DNA of 64,000 nt from Escherichia phage vB_EcoM_Skers: the sequence record MW748999.1. One strand, written 5' to 3'. The notes below the pieces were generated by a model. It was given only the letters and a program-made list of their open reading frames with translations, was not told where the DNA came from and ran no database searches. Positions 8,798 to 17,088 of the stretch are shown here, one piece after another. A program made the translations under genes and the position numbers. Each line of letters begins with the position of its first letter. The stretch's first letter is position 1.

Positions 8798-10849
8798 TTA
8801 CATTTTAAATTTATCTGGCATTGCGTCTACAGATACCAGATCAGCGATAAGCTGACGTAGAGTTGCCTTATCTGCTTTCTTACGTTCGGTTTTAGCTTCG
8901 GTAATAAAGCTGGAGAAAGACAGGTCAGAAGCAGGTTTAATAACACCTTCACGGATGAATGCATCACCGTCAGCGATCATCTCGCCAGATTCTTGTAATG
9001 CTGCCAGTTCATTTTTGTTCATAATATGTGCCTCAATGTAATAAGTTTCTTGTGAATCCGTCGATGCCGTAGCACGAGTTACCGTATCAAAGGATAGCAC
9101 AACACCGCGAGGAAGTAAAATCTCGCATTCTTTGTAAGCAAATGCTTTGTTACCTACTGGCAATACAGGGATGTTTTCCGCGCCAGCAATGGAGAAAGCA
9201 ACATTAGCGCCACCTTCACCGCGAGAGCCAGCCATAGAATCAACACCAGCAACGGCACTAGCCACGTTTGCATTCCAGCCGCCAAAAATGTTAGGTGCAA
9301 GGGAAGTGCTCACATAGTTTTTAAAGTAAAACGCTTTTTGCTTACGTGCAGTTTCCCACATTTGCGAACGGAAGTCCATACCACGATACAGAATAGTACC
9401 CGGATCAAGTTTAACGCCATAGTTAGAGAAGGCATTATCCAGTGCATCGCACATCTTGACCAATTCTTCTGGATCTGCGATGCCGTCAAACTCTTCCAGC
9501 TTACGGTCGGTTAGGAAGTTGTTCATATTGATGTATGCTGCATCGGCATATTCGCTCAACACAAAACCTTCCGCGCCCGGCAGATCAAGATCAATATCTG
9601 CCATCATTTCACCCATGTTGCTAGCAATTGCTTCAAACATACCGGAAGCAACATTACGTAGGGCATCGGTTTTAATCTGTGTGATGTGACTACGCAACAT
9701 TTCAGCTTTTACATCTGCTGGCATAGACTGGTCTACTCGATCCATTGCTATGGCAGTGATCTTGTTTTCGAATACGTCCTCGCTCATGATTTCTTTTAAG
9801 CGTTTGATTGATGCTGCGATAACTTCCGCAGACAACGGATCATATTGATCCTGAACTTTTACCAGTTCGCTTACTGCGTATTTTGCATCGGCTTCGCTTT
9901 CAAAAATAGTACGCATGAAACCATAGCGAGTGATAATATCACTTGTCCAGTCATTCAGAGAACGAGCGGTTGAACGTTCTAAGGCTTGACGATCAATCAG
10001 AGTATTAAACTGTTTCTTAGGTTCTGCTTCGGTGATATCTTCTTCCGGTTTAAGATTAATTTTTTCTGGATGATTCACATAGTCGCTGTTATAGGTCGCT
10101 TGAGTTTTCAGCATTTCTTCTTTAGTCAAACGAGATTTAGCCGCTACGCGTTGTTCTGCTTCCGCGTTTCGTTCTTCTTCTGACACAAGACTAGCCGCAT
10201 ATGCCTCATCTTTAGTCAGAGATTCACCAGTAGCCTTAGATACCCAGCGATCACCTAAATCACTTTCTACTTTAGTGAACAAGGATTCATCAAGTTTAAT
10301 CCCTTTAATCTTATCAATCGCCATCCCGCGACGCTTGACAACAACTAAAGCGATCTTTTTGCTGGTCATTACTTCCTGCTGGAATACTTCAAACTTCGGT
10401 GTACGACGCACCAAACGCTCTATAACGCGCTTAACCAGTTCGGTCTTACCCTTCATACGGGATACGTTAAAACGGAACATAACAGCGTCTAATTGCGCTT
10501 TACGGGCTGTTTCCATAACCACATCAAAAGCACTTGCCATAACTGCAATCGGGTTATCGCCTAGACCATTTTTAAGCTGTACAATACGACCGCTTTTGTT
10601 CATTTCGCACAGTACAACATGTGCGGTCTTGTCACCCATACGAATGATTTTAGGTGTTTTGTTGGTGAAGTTACAAAGACGGACAATCACATCTTTATCG
10701 CGTGTCTGTACTGCAAAAAGCTGTTTAGGATTCTGCTTAGGCTTTAAGCACTGTACCGGAGCAATACTGCCAAAGTTTTCTTCCTCTTCCGTCAACAGCC
10801 ATTTCTCGAAAGATTCAATCATTAGATCGTCGATTTCTAAGTTAAACAT
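8798..10849 (-). CDS. alt: Alt ADP-ribosyltransferase (packaged RNA polymerase modifier)
   Basis: 683 aa (T4 Alt is 682 aa); C-terminal LYRGMD, YVSTSLAPNIFGG, ECEILLPRG triad. Confidence 0.9.
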   Translation of the reverse strand: MFNLEIDDLMIESFEKWLLTEEEENFGSIAPVQCLKPKQNPKQLFAVQTRDKDVIVRLCNFTNKTPKIIRMGDKTAHVVLCEMNKSGRIVQLKNGLGDNPIAVMASAFDVVMETARKAQLDAVMFRFNVSRMKGKTELVKRVIERLVRRTPKFEVFQQEVMTSKKIALVVVKRRGMAIDKIKGIKLDESLFTKVESDLGDRWVSKATGESLTKDEAYAASLVSEEERNAEAEQRVAAKSRLTKEEMLKTQATYNSDYVNHPEKINLKPEEDITEAEPKKQFNTLIDRQALERSTARSLNDWTSDIITRYGFMRTIFESEADAKYAVSELVKVQDQYDPLSAEVIAASIKRLKEIMSEDVFENKITAIAMDRVDQSMPADVKAEMLRSHITQIKTDALRNVASGMFEAIASNMGEMMADIDLDLPGAEGFVLSEYADAAYINMNNFLTDRKLEEFDGIADPEELVKMCDALDNAFSNYGVKLDPGTILYRGMDFRSQMWETARKQKAFYFKNYVSTSLAPNIFGGWNANVASAVAGVDSMAGSRGEGGANVAFSIAGAENIPVLPVGNKAFAYKECEILLPRGVVLSFDTVTRATASTDSQETYYIEAHIMNKNELAALQESGEMIADGDAFIREGVIKPASDLSFSSFITEAKTERKKADKATLRQLIADLVSVDAMPDKFKM

Positions 10850-10888
10850 TTTATATCCTCTAGTTGATAACCTATAAACCTATATTTA

Positions 10889-10911
10889 TGAAAAAGGGGC
10901 TTAACGCCCCA
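10889..10911 (-). terminator. Hairpin terminator
   Basis: GGGGCttaacGCCCC followed by TTTTT on minus strand, just downstream of 10916..11128. Confidence 0.5.
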
Positions 10912-10915
10912 TTTA

Positions 10916-11128
10916 TTATAATGCACCATCGAGCAATTGCTCTAAGGTGTATCCTGAATAGTCTTTTTCAATCAGGATATATTTTCCTACTCGTTTAATA
11001 CAACCACGCATTTCAACGTATTCTGCGTAGTTGATGGTACGAGTTGTTCCATCTTCCAGTAATGCAGTACCGATTTCGTTAATGCGGTCATAAGTTACGT
11101 CGGTAATGATGATTTCGATGTTAGCCAT
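10916..11128 (-). CDS. Hypothetical protein (70 aa)
   Basis: ORF with SD AAGGAG and PeSL promoter upstream. Confidence 0.6.
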   Translation of the reverse strand: MANIEIIITDVTYDRINEIGTALLEDGTTRTINYAEYVEMRGCIKRVGKYILIEKDYSGYTLEQLLDGAL

Positions 11129-11164
11129 TTGATACTCCTTAGTAGTTCGTTTCGGTATGGGTGT

Positions 11165-11193
11165 ATTATGATATACACCCTCTGTTATGTCAA
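11165..11193 (-). promoter_or_regulatory. PeSL-type early promoter cassette
   Basis: Minus strand TTGACA-N17-CATAAT; palindrome GGGTGTAT/ATACACCC spans the -10; followed by SD and ATG. Confidence 0.7.
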
Positions 11194-11199
11194 CAACTT

Positions 11200-11379
11200 T
11201 TAGAACATTTTTGAAATTAATTCTGCTTTGATTTCGCAGAGAACATCTAAAGATTTCTCGTCACCTGCTTTTGCGGCTTCTGCTTGCATTTTTGAAATGG
11301 CTTCAATGTCAGTGCAATTATAAGCCGCTTGAACTTTAGCGATTGCGATGATTGCCGATTCGATGGTTAAGTGTTTCAT
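11200..11379 (-). CDS. Hypothetical small protein (59 aa), not in ORF track
   Basis: ATG at 11377-11379 with SD GGAGAATCAAAC; PeSL promoter upstream; translation MKHLTIESAIIAIAK.... Confidence 0.45.
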   Translation of the reverse strand: MKHLTIESAIIAIAKVQAAYNCTDIEAISKMQAEAAKAGDEKSLDVLCEIKAELISKMF

Positions 11380-11411
11380 GTTTGATTCTCCTTTCGTTTC
11401 GGTATGTGTGT

Positions 11412-11440
11412 ATTATAGGGGATCGATGATCCCCTGTCAA
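11412..11440 (-). promoter_or_regulatory. PeSL-type early promoter cassette
   Basis: TTGACA-N17-TATAAT with 17-nt palindromic spacer GGGGATCatcGATCCCC. Confidence 0.75.
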
Positions 11441-11447
11441 CAACTTT

Positions 11448-11966
11448 TTAGTTATTTTTTAATTGCTCATCTTGCAATAGGGCAATCACATGCTGGCGAT
11501 GCTCTTCCGATTGAGGCACACCGAAAAAGTTTGTTTTGTAGAAATACTCTAATCGGTCTTCTCGTGTGCTCTCTTCCATCATGATCGCTGGTAGTCCGAG
11601 ATTTCGGAAACGTCGCTTTTCTGCTGGAGTAAAATCACTGTAATACAACATAGAATCATCATTACCAGCAATGCTAAACTCATCCTTCATAAAGGAGAAT
11701 ATTGCGTTTAAACGCTGTTTACCGTCCACGATTTCGATCTCATAGCGAGAGCCATCATCAATCTTAGCCATTGCGATAGCACCAACCGGAAAATCATTAA
11801 TAAGGTTTTCGATAAACATACGTTTGTTTTCTGTGTCCCATACTAAAGGACGCTGATAATCTGGGTTCATGTTGATATAGCCATCTTCTAACCATGCATC
11901 ATAAACAGAGATGACAAAGTTTTTAGTATTGGTATAGTAACGGCGTTTAGGCGTTAAACGGTTCAT
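11448..11966 (-). CDS. DUF262 (ParB-like / GmrS N-domain-like) protein
   Basis: DGKQRL (DGQQR-type) motif and PDYQRPLVW; start trimmed to ATG 11966 with SD AGGAG; last gene of five-gene operon. Confidence 0.6.
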   Translation of the reverse strand: MNRLTPKRRYYTNTKNFVISVYDAWLEDGYINMNPDYQRPLVWDTENKRMFIENLINDFPVGAIAMAKIDDGSRYEIEIVDGKQRLNAIFSFMKDEFSIAGNDDSMLYYSDFTPAEKRRFRNLGLPAIMMEESTREDRLEYFYKTNFFGVPQSEEHRQHVIALLQDEQLKNN

Positions 11967-11967
11967 G

Positions 11968-12300
11968 TTATAGTCTCCTGAATGGATCATCACGTAAATC
12001 AATATCTTTTAAGAACTCCTCCCATGAATGGCGGATATTGTTCTTAATTCTCCAGATAAGAGCAGGGATTGAACGCTCTCCCATCTGGAAGTATGGATCA
12101 TATGATCCATATGCCCAATATGCTACTACAATTCCACAATCAGCGCAATAATATTCTATTTCACTTGCTGGCGACCAAAGTCCATCAATATGATCGGTGA
12201 TCTTGCTTTCGATGTTATGGCTATGACAATCAGGGCAACGGATGCAATGACCTTGTTTATCGTAATTTGACGTTAGAGAATACTTAAACAATCTCATCAT
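11968..12300 (-). CDS. Zinc-ribbon protein (110 aa)
   Basis: CIRCPDCHSH ... YYCADCG (CxxC ... CxxC); ATGA overlap with upstream gene. Confidence 0.6.
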   Translation of the reverse strand: MMRLFKYSLTSNYDKQGHCIRCPDCHSHNIESKITDHIDGLWSPASEIEYYCADCGIVVAYWAYGSYDPYFQMGERSIPALIWRIKNNIRHSWEEFLKDIDLRDDPFRRL

Positions 12301-13013
12301 AGATCCTTATTTGCTTCAAATACTGCCTTTGCGAATCCTCGCGGGGTAAGTGACCTTATAGTCTTTGTTTTCGTTCCTTTCCCGCCTAGCTTAGAATGCT
12401 GTTTACTGTACCCTTTATTAATCTGCAAAGGTTTCTTTTCTGGCATTATAAAGCCTTGTCCGGTCCATAAGCAAGTCTTTTTCGGGTACATATCACGGGC
12501 GGCAATATACTCAGGAAACGTAGGATGCTTATCATCTTCCGGCAAATAACCGCCATATTCCCACGGATGGAACATATAATCAGGCTTACGCCACATGCTA
12601 GAGATAACGCTTACAGGATTCTCTATCATGTAGGGAACTCCTAGCCATTCACCCAAATACGCGGTTATTTTGGCTGCCCTTACATCATGAACTTGAATCA
12701 ATGGTCCTTGTTCTCGTTTCTTTCGTTCAAAGTGCGCAGCGCCACTAACAGCTAAATTGGTGCACGGTGGGAATGCAAAGATAATATCCGGTTTCCCCCA
12801 TTCAAGGTCCATTGCTCTTTCCAGCCAGTTCAAATCAATCCAGGTGTTTACATAGGTAATGTTTGGATGTTCAAATCGGGTATTATACTTTTTGTATGTG
12901 CCGTGGTCGGCGTCATCCGCATTAAAGCAGACTACCTTATGACCTGCTTTAGCCCATTCTAGCCCCATTATCCCCGATCCGTCAAAGTTGCAGAATATTA
13001 ATTTTTGTTTCAT
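12297..13013 (-). CDS. Minimal C5-cytosine methyltransferase-fold protein (no target recognition domain)
   Basis: Motif I FDGSGIMG (FxGxG), motif IV FPPCTNLAVSG (PC catalytic Cys), motif VI ENP (ENV-like), C-terminal RSLTPRGFAKAV (R.LTPRE-like). Confidence 0.6.
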   Translation of the reverse strand: MKQKLIFCNFDGSGIMGLEWAKAGHKVVCFNADDADHGTYKKYNTRFEHPNITYVNTWIDLNWLERAMDLEWGKPDIIFAFPPCTNLAVSGAAHFERKKREQGPLIQVHDVRAAKITAYLGEWLGVPYMIENPVSVISSMWRKPDYMFHPWEYGGYLPEDDKHPTFPEYIAARDMYPKKTCLWTGQGFIMPEKKPLQINKGYSKQHSKLGGKGTKTKTIRSLTPRGFAKAVFEANKDL

Positions 13014-13255
13014 ATACGCCCCTTTAATCCAACACAGATTTTAGAAGGTTCTTTGCCGTGCCACATTAAGTAAAGTCCGTTAATGCGGCCTTGTTTTGTA
13101 TATGATTCTTTTCTGATCTTCTTATAGTGTCGTGCTTCCTCAACCGATTGTTTAGAATACCAATCATAAAGGAAGAGGCACAAAGGCCAACCATTAGCGG
13201 CCTTAATGCAGTTATTAAGAAATTCCTTATTGCGTTTAATTAATTTTCTTTTCAC
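13010..13255 (-). CDS. Hypothetical protein (81 aa), GTG start
   Basis: GTG start with SD GGGGG; overlap-coupled in operon. Confidence 0.5.
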   Translation of the reverse strand: MKRKLIKRNKEFLNNCIKAANGWPLCLFLYDWYSKQSVEEARHYKKIRKESYTKQGRINGLYLMWHGKEPSKICVGLKGRI

Positions 13256-13503
13256 GCTGCCCCCATTGGTTTGATAGTAACAGAATCTAAAAGACCTTTG
13301 TTAGCCAGTTCGCGGCAAGTTTTCAGATCCGCAACTTCCCAGCCAGCCGCAATCAGGTTATCAATGAGGCTGTTAGCAACTTCTTCGCTCATGAAAGAGC
13401 ACTGTTTGCCGATGGTGTAGCGTACACGCTGTAATTTCAGTTTACGGAAGCCTTTAACGTTCAGGTCTTTAGCGATTTTCTTTGCGGTTTCGATGTTAGC
13501 CAT
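13252..13503 (-). CDS. Hypothetical protein (83 aa), first gene of operon
   Basis: ATG with SD AGGAG directly downstream of PeSL promoter. Confidence 0.6.
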   Translation of the reverse strand: MANIETAKKIAKDLNVKGFRKLKLQRVRYTIGKQCSFMSEEVANSLIDNLIAAGWEVADLKTCRELANKGLLDSVTIKPMGAA

Positions 13504-13543
13504 TGTTTGATTCTCCTAAGTGGTATCTCGTCTTGATGGTTGT

Positions 13544-13572
13544 ATTGTAGGGGAGTTATCCTCCCCTGTCAA
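13544..13572 (-). promoter_or_regulatory. PeSL-type early promoter cassette
   Basis: TTGACA-N17-TACAAT; spacer is the palindrome GGGGAGgataaCTCCCC. Confidence 0.75.
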
Positions 13573-13586
13573 CACTTTTTATAAAA

Positions 13587-13754
13587 TCATTTGTTAATTT
13601 CTGGTGCGTTGCTAGGATAGTAACCTTCTTTAACTCCGAGGTATTTCGCAACCATCCCTACAATCTTCTGTGCTACTACAATGTCAAATTTCAGATAATC
13701 TTCGCCGTGGGTTTCAATGATATATGCTTCACATGCTGCTTTCGTCTCGAACAT
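13587..13754 (-). CDS. Hypothetical small protein (55 aa); paralog of 16858..17025
   Basis: Start trimmed to ATG 13754 (MFETKAACEAY...); the ORF-track N-terminus runs into the promoter. Confidence 0.6.
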   Translation of the reverse strand: MFETKAACEAYIIETHGEDYLKFDIVVAQKIVGMVAKYLGVKEGYYPSNAPEINK

Positions 13755-13787
13755 TTTGATTCTCCTATATCTCGTTGGTATGTGTGT

Positions 13788-13815
13788 AGTATAGGGGATC
13801 ACCGATCCCCGTCAA
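13788..13815 (-). promoter_or_regulatory. PeSL-type early promoter cassette
   Basis: TTGACG-N16-TATACT with palindrome GGGATCggtGATCCC; almost identical to cassette at 17060..17088. Confidence 0.7.
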
Positions 13816-13829
13816 CAACTTTTTTAAAA

Positions 13830-14111
13830 TTATTCGTGATTAGTTTCGATGTTGTGCATTTTGCACCAGTTCAGCCAATCGCCCAGATCCTGATAGTTGA
13901 TGCTTTTATCTGCTGCCATCGTTTTTGTCTTGATACCCATATGTGCGTTATGAGTAAGCATTTTTACAGTGAACTCGATTTTATCGCCTTTAGCTTTAAC
14001 ATCAACCAGTTTGGTCCACTGGCTACCAGCGCCGCGAATGTTCATACCAACGATGTTTCCGATGTATGCTTCTTTGTTTTTCAGGATTTCGGTTGCTTTG
14101 ATGAATTTCAT
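13830..14111 (-). CDS. Hypothetical protein (93 aa)
   Basis: ORF with SD; PeSL promoter upstream. Confidence 0.6.
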   Translation of the reverse strand: MKFIKATEILKNKEAYIGNIVGMNIRGAGSQWTKLVDVKAKGDKIEFTVKMLTHNAHMGIKTKTMAADKSINYQDLGDWLNWCKMHNIETNHE

Positions 14112-14145
14112 TGTTTGATTCTCCAGTTCGTTTCGGTATGGGTGT

Positions 14146-14174
14146 ATTATGCTATGTTCTTACTTTGGTGTCAA
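14146..14174 (-). promoter_or_regulatory. PeSL-type early promoter (degenerate, no palindrome)
   Basis: TTGACA-N17-CATAAT; conserved UTR CGAAACGAACT. Confidence 0.65.
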
Positions 14175-14183
14175 CAACTTTTT

Positions 14184-14453
14184 TTAGATATTTTCAGAAA
14201 TAAATTTTAAAACTTGACGTAAATGTTTCTCATCTTTGATAGTCGCCGGAAGTTCTTCTTTTACTTCCTGTGCAAGATAGATATTTCCGTTCCAAGTGAA
14301 AGATCCGTCTTCGTTTACGCGATAGCTGAACATCCACTCGCAATCATTTTCGATTTCATATACACACAGAAGGGTGTAATCGTTAAAGCTATTGATTTCA
14401 AGGTCGAAGCCGTGGCGTTTTGCAAAGTTGGTAGTGGTTTTAGTCAGTGCCAT
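14184..14453 (-). CDS. Hypothetical protein (89 aa)
   Basis: ORF with SD AGGAG; promoter upstream. Confidence 0.6.
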   Translation of the reverse strand: MALTKTTTNFAKRHGFDLEINSFNDYTLLCVYEIENDCEWMFSYRVNEDGSFTWNGNIYLAQEVKEELPATIKDEKHLRQVLKFISENI

Positions 14454-14493
14454 TGTTTGATTCTCCTAAGTGGTATCTCGTTTCGATGTGTGT

Positions 14494-14522
14494 ATTATGC
14501 TATAGGCGTGATCTGGTGTCAA
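14494..14522 (-). promoter_or_regulatory. PeSL-type early promoter (degenerate)
   Basis: TTGACA-N17-CATAAT. Confidence 0.65.
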
Positions 14523-14540
14523 CAACTTTTTTAATTTTTT

Positions 14541-14573
14541 GGAAATAAAAAAAGCCGACACTAAGGTCGGCTA
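14541..14573 (-). terminator. Intrinsic terminator
   Basis: AGCCGAC-loop-GTCGGCT followed by TTTTTTTATTT on minus strand, after 14580..14891. Confidence 0.65.
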
Positions 14574-14579
14574 ATAAAA

Positions 14580-14891
14580 TCATTTAGACAAATAATCATT
14601 CTGTGCAATCCGGTCAGCATGTTCCGGCGTTACGTCAATTGCAATCACTTTAACGCGCGCTTTCTTGACTGAATTTTCTCGTAGCCAGTGCGTGTGAGCG
14701 TGCACATTTTTATATTTTGATGCTGATGCGGTTTCAAAGGTACGGATCGGACCAGGGTAATCAGCGTAAAGGATCTCTAGGTCATCGGTGATGTAAAAAT
14801 ATACATCATAATTACTGTTCTCTAGTTTAAGCAGAGACTTTCGGAACATTGGGAGATTTTCGCGGGTAAATTCAAAGATATTATCTTTCAT
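14580..14891 (-). CDS. HxHW-motif small protein family member (103 aa)
   Basis: Shared motifs YITDDL, HAHTHW, IAIDV. Confidence 0.6.
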   Translation of the reverse strand: MKDNIFEFTRENLPMFRKSLLKLENSNYDVYFYITDDLEILYADYPGPIRTFETASASKYKNVHAHTHWLRENSVKKARVKVIAIDVTPEHADRIAQNDYLSK

Positions 14892-14913
14892 AGTATTATC
14901 CTCAATAGTTGGA

Positions 14914-14936
14914 TGAAAAGGGGCGTTAACGCCCCC
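14914..14936 (-). terminator. Intrinsic terminator
   Basis: GGGGCGttaaCGCCCC followed by TTTTC on minus strand. Confidence 0.55.
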
Positions 14937-14941
14937 ATATA

Positions 14942-15229
14942 TTAAAACAGTCCTTCCTGTACACCGTAGTAGAGTTCATCGCTGATAATTTCATTAATGC
15001 GACGGTGTGCATATTCCTGATTTGCGAAGTTATCAGCAAGTTCTACTTTAGTTTCGCCGTCATGAGTCCATTTAGTGATAACTTTACCATCTGCAAATTT
15101 GAAGTTGAACTCTTTAGCTACCGCATCGCGTACCAGACGTGCAAACTTATTGTTGCGGATTGCATTGTCGGTTTCGTGTGCAGCGTGAGCGAATTTGTTA
15201 ACTTTCAGGGTGATAGTAATGTATGCCAT
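14942..15229 (-). CDS. Hypothetical protein (95 aa)
   Basis: ORF with SD; PeSL upstream. Confidence 0.6.
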   Translation of the reverse strand: MAYITITLKVNKFAHAAHETDNAIRNNKFARLVRDAVAKEFNFKFADGKVITKWTHDGETKVELADNFANQEYAHRRINEIISDELYYGVQEGLF

Positions 15230-15275
15230 AATTTGATTCTCCTAGTTAGAAAGTGTATCTCGTTTCGATGGGTGT

Positions 15276-15304
15276 ATTATGCTATACACCCGATCTTATG
15301 TCAA
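15276..15304 (-). promoter_or_regulatory. PeSL-type early promoter cassette
   Basis: TTGACA-N17-CATAAT; palindrome GGGTGTAT/ATACACCC. Confidence 0.7.
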
Positions 15305-15310
15305 CACTTT

Positions 15311-15589
15311 TTATAAAATAATTTTTTGATATTTTTCTATGATGTTCGTGTAAGTCACATCAACCGCTAGCACCGTTGCTTCGAATCCACCGTTTAGCCA
15401 ATGGCTATGATCATGATCGTGAAAGAAACCTAGACCAGTACGAAGACCTTCTTTATATTCTGCGCGTACATTCAGTTTGTCGTCGATAAACAGATAAAAC
15501 CATGAATTTTTACTAGGATTGATGATACAACCTTTCAGATTAGGGAGAATATCACGACTAAGAATAAACTTATCACCTACTTTGAACAT
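15311..15589 (-). CDS. HxHW-motif small protein family member (92 aa)
   Basis: FIDDKL, HDHSHW, LAVDV. Confidence 0.6.
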   Translation of the reverse strand: MFKVGDKFILSRDILPNLKGCIINPSKNSWFYLFIDDKLNVRAEYKEGLRTGLGFFHDHDHSHWLNGGFEATVLAVDVTYTNIIEKYQKIIL

Positions 15590-15603
15590 AATATTTTCCT
15601 CAC

Positions 15604-15912
15604 TTATAAAGTTTGACCGTTGTTTTTCGCATAATGCTTAATGCGTGCTTGATCTGCTTCCGCTGGTGATAGATTCCATGCAACCACTACAACTTCTGAC
15701 GCATCATGATCATTATCACTTACCCAATGATTATGATTCATACAATTGTTTGCTATCGCGTGAGTAAATGATCTCATTACCGGAGACGTATAATCATAGT
15801 AACGGATTTTCAGATTTTCATCAACGTACAAGTAGATCGTATACGGCTTATATTCAGTAACCAGTAACAGACAGTTACGCAATTCTGGGAAAATCTTTTT
15901 AGTTAATTTCAT
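15604..15912 (-). CDS. HxHW-motif small protein family member (103 aa)
   Basis: Start trimmed to ATG 15912 (SD GAGGA); YVDENL, NHNHW. Confidence 0.55.
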   Translation of the reverse strand: MKLTKKIFPELRNCLLLVTEYKPYTIYLYVDENLKIRYYDYTSPVMRSFTHAIANNCMNHNHWVSDNDHDASEVVVVAWNLSPAEADQARIKHYAKNNGQTL

Positions 15913-15913
15913 T

Positions 15914-16135
15914 TTATAATCCTCGGTCGCGGCTATAGTACACTGTACGCCATACAATTTCATGTTTCGTGTCGCTCCAGCACACGATCTCATTTACTCT
16001 TAAATCTTTGTTATCAACAAAAGATGAACATTGTGACGCTTCTTTCATCATTTTATCTGCTGTTTTCTCATCAAATACAGCACAGATTTCTTTATACACT
16101 CGATAATCTTTAAACTTGCTCATAATTAACACCAA
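15914..16135 (-). CDS. Hypothetical protein (73 aa); tandem paralog of 16126..16335
   Basis: Shared MSKFKDY...KMM.EAS.C.SF pattern with neighbouring gene. Confidence 0.55.
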   Translation of the reverse strand: MVLIMSKFKDYRVYKEICAVFDEKTADKMMKEASQCSSFVDNKDLRVNEIVCWSDTKHEIVWRTVYYSRDRGL

Positions 16136-16335
16136 TCAAGAGTTTTTGAAAACACATCTATCCATTGTTGAGTATATGCGGTTTCTTTCCATGACACAAT
16201 ACCAGTCGAATAATGGTTTTTGTTTCCAGAAAAGGACGGGCATTTTGATGCATCTTCCATCATCTTTTCGGCGAACTCTGGTGCGTATACTCGCAGGATC
16301 TGTTGATATGCTTTATAGTCTTTAAATTTGCTCAT
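16126..16335 (-). CDS. Hypothetical protein (69 aa); tandem paralog of 15914..16135
   Basis: See paralog. Confidence 0.55.
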   Translation of the reverse strand: MSKFKDYKAYQQILRVYAPEFAEKMMEDASKCPSFSGNKNHYSTGIVSWKETAYTQQWIDVFSKTLDWC

Positions 16336-16600
16336 AATCGTTAACTACCTTATCAGCTTCTTTTATTGTTTTTACATCAACTGCGATAATCCGTAAAGGT
16401 TCGTCGAAGGTCCACCAGTGGTCATGAATATCAGCTTGTGATTTATCACCAAAGGAATCACGAATATCATTTTTACATTTATAGCTAATGTGACCTTCAT
16501 AGTCAACATAAAGGTAATTATCGAAAATCGGCGTTTTTAAGATCATACCGAAAAATCTTTCTTTGTGTGTCTTATCCAGTGTTGCAGTAATTCGCATCAT
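16322..16600 (-). CDS. HxHW-motif small protein family member (92 aa)
   Basis: YVDYEG, HDHWW, IAVDV. Confidence 0.6.
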   Translation of the reverse strand: MMRITATLDKTHKERFFGMILKTPIFDNYLYVDYEGHISYKCKNDIRDSFGDKSQADIHDHWWTFDEPLRIIAVDVKTIKEADKVVNDYEQI

Positions 16601-16612
16601 AATATATTCCTC

Positions 16613-16792
16613 TTAGAAAGGGATGGTCATTTCTTGAGCTTGTACATTCTCGTTAGGATTAAACTTCATCCAACCGATATTGTCTACCAGCATATGCACA
16701 TTTTTATCATATCCTACGTGAGTAGTCAACACTAAATGTGCTTTACCTTCAACGATGATTTCCATGTACTTCTGAACTTCGATAGCTTTCAT
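16613..16792 (-). CDS. Hypothetical small protein (59 aa), not in ORF track
   Basis: ATG 16790-16792 after SD GGAGAATCAAAA and PeSL promoter; translation MKAIEVQKYMEIIVEGK.... Confidence 0.45.
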   Translation of the reverse strand: MKAIEVQKYMEIIVEGKAHLVLTTHVGYDKNVHMLVDNIGWMKFNPNENVQAQEMTIPF

Positions 16793-16825
16793 TTTTGATT
16801 CTCCGTTTGTTGTCTTGATGGGAGT

Positions 16826-16854
16826 ATATTACTACTCCCTTTAATCATTGTCAA
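16826..16854 (-). promoter_or_regulatory. PeSL-type early promoter cassette
   Basis: TTGACA -35; palindrome GGGAGTA/TACTCCC spans AT-rich -10. Confidence 0.65.
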
Positions 16855-16857
16855 CTA

Positions 16858-17025
16858 TTATTTGTTAATTTCCGGTGCGTTGCTCGGATAGTAACCTTCT
16901 TTAACACCCAGATATTTCGCAACCATTCCGGTGATCTTCTGTGCTACTACGATATCGAATTTCAGGTAGTCTTCACCGTGGTTTGCTACAATGTATGCTT
17001 CGCATTCTGCTTTAGTCTGGAACAT
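16858..17025 (-). CDS. Hypothetical small protein (55 aa); paralog of 13587..13754
   Basis: MFQTKAECEAYIVANHGEDYLKFDIVVAQK... near-identical to 13587..13754 product. Confidence 0.55.
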   Translation of the reverse strand: MFQTKAECEAYIVANHGEDYLKFDIVVAQKITGMVAKYLGVKEGYYPSNAPEINK

Positions 17026-17059
17026 TTTTGATTCTCCTATATCTCGTTGGTATGTGTGT

Positions 17060-17088
17060 AGTATAGGGGATCACCGATCCCCTGTCAA
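17060..17088 (-). promoter_or_regulatory. PeSL-type early promoter cassette
   Basis: TTGACA-N17-TATACT with palindromic spacer GGGGATCggtGATCCCC. Confidence 0.75.

Noticed and set aside
10275-10877. 200-aa plus-strand ORF
   Set aside because: Lies entirely antisense within alt; Ser/Leu/Arg-rich composition typical of a shadow frame of a well-supported gene.
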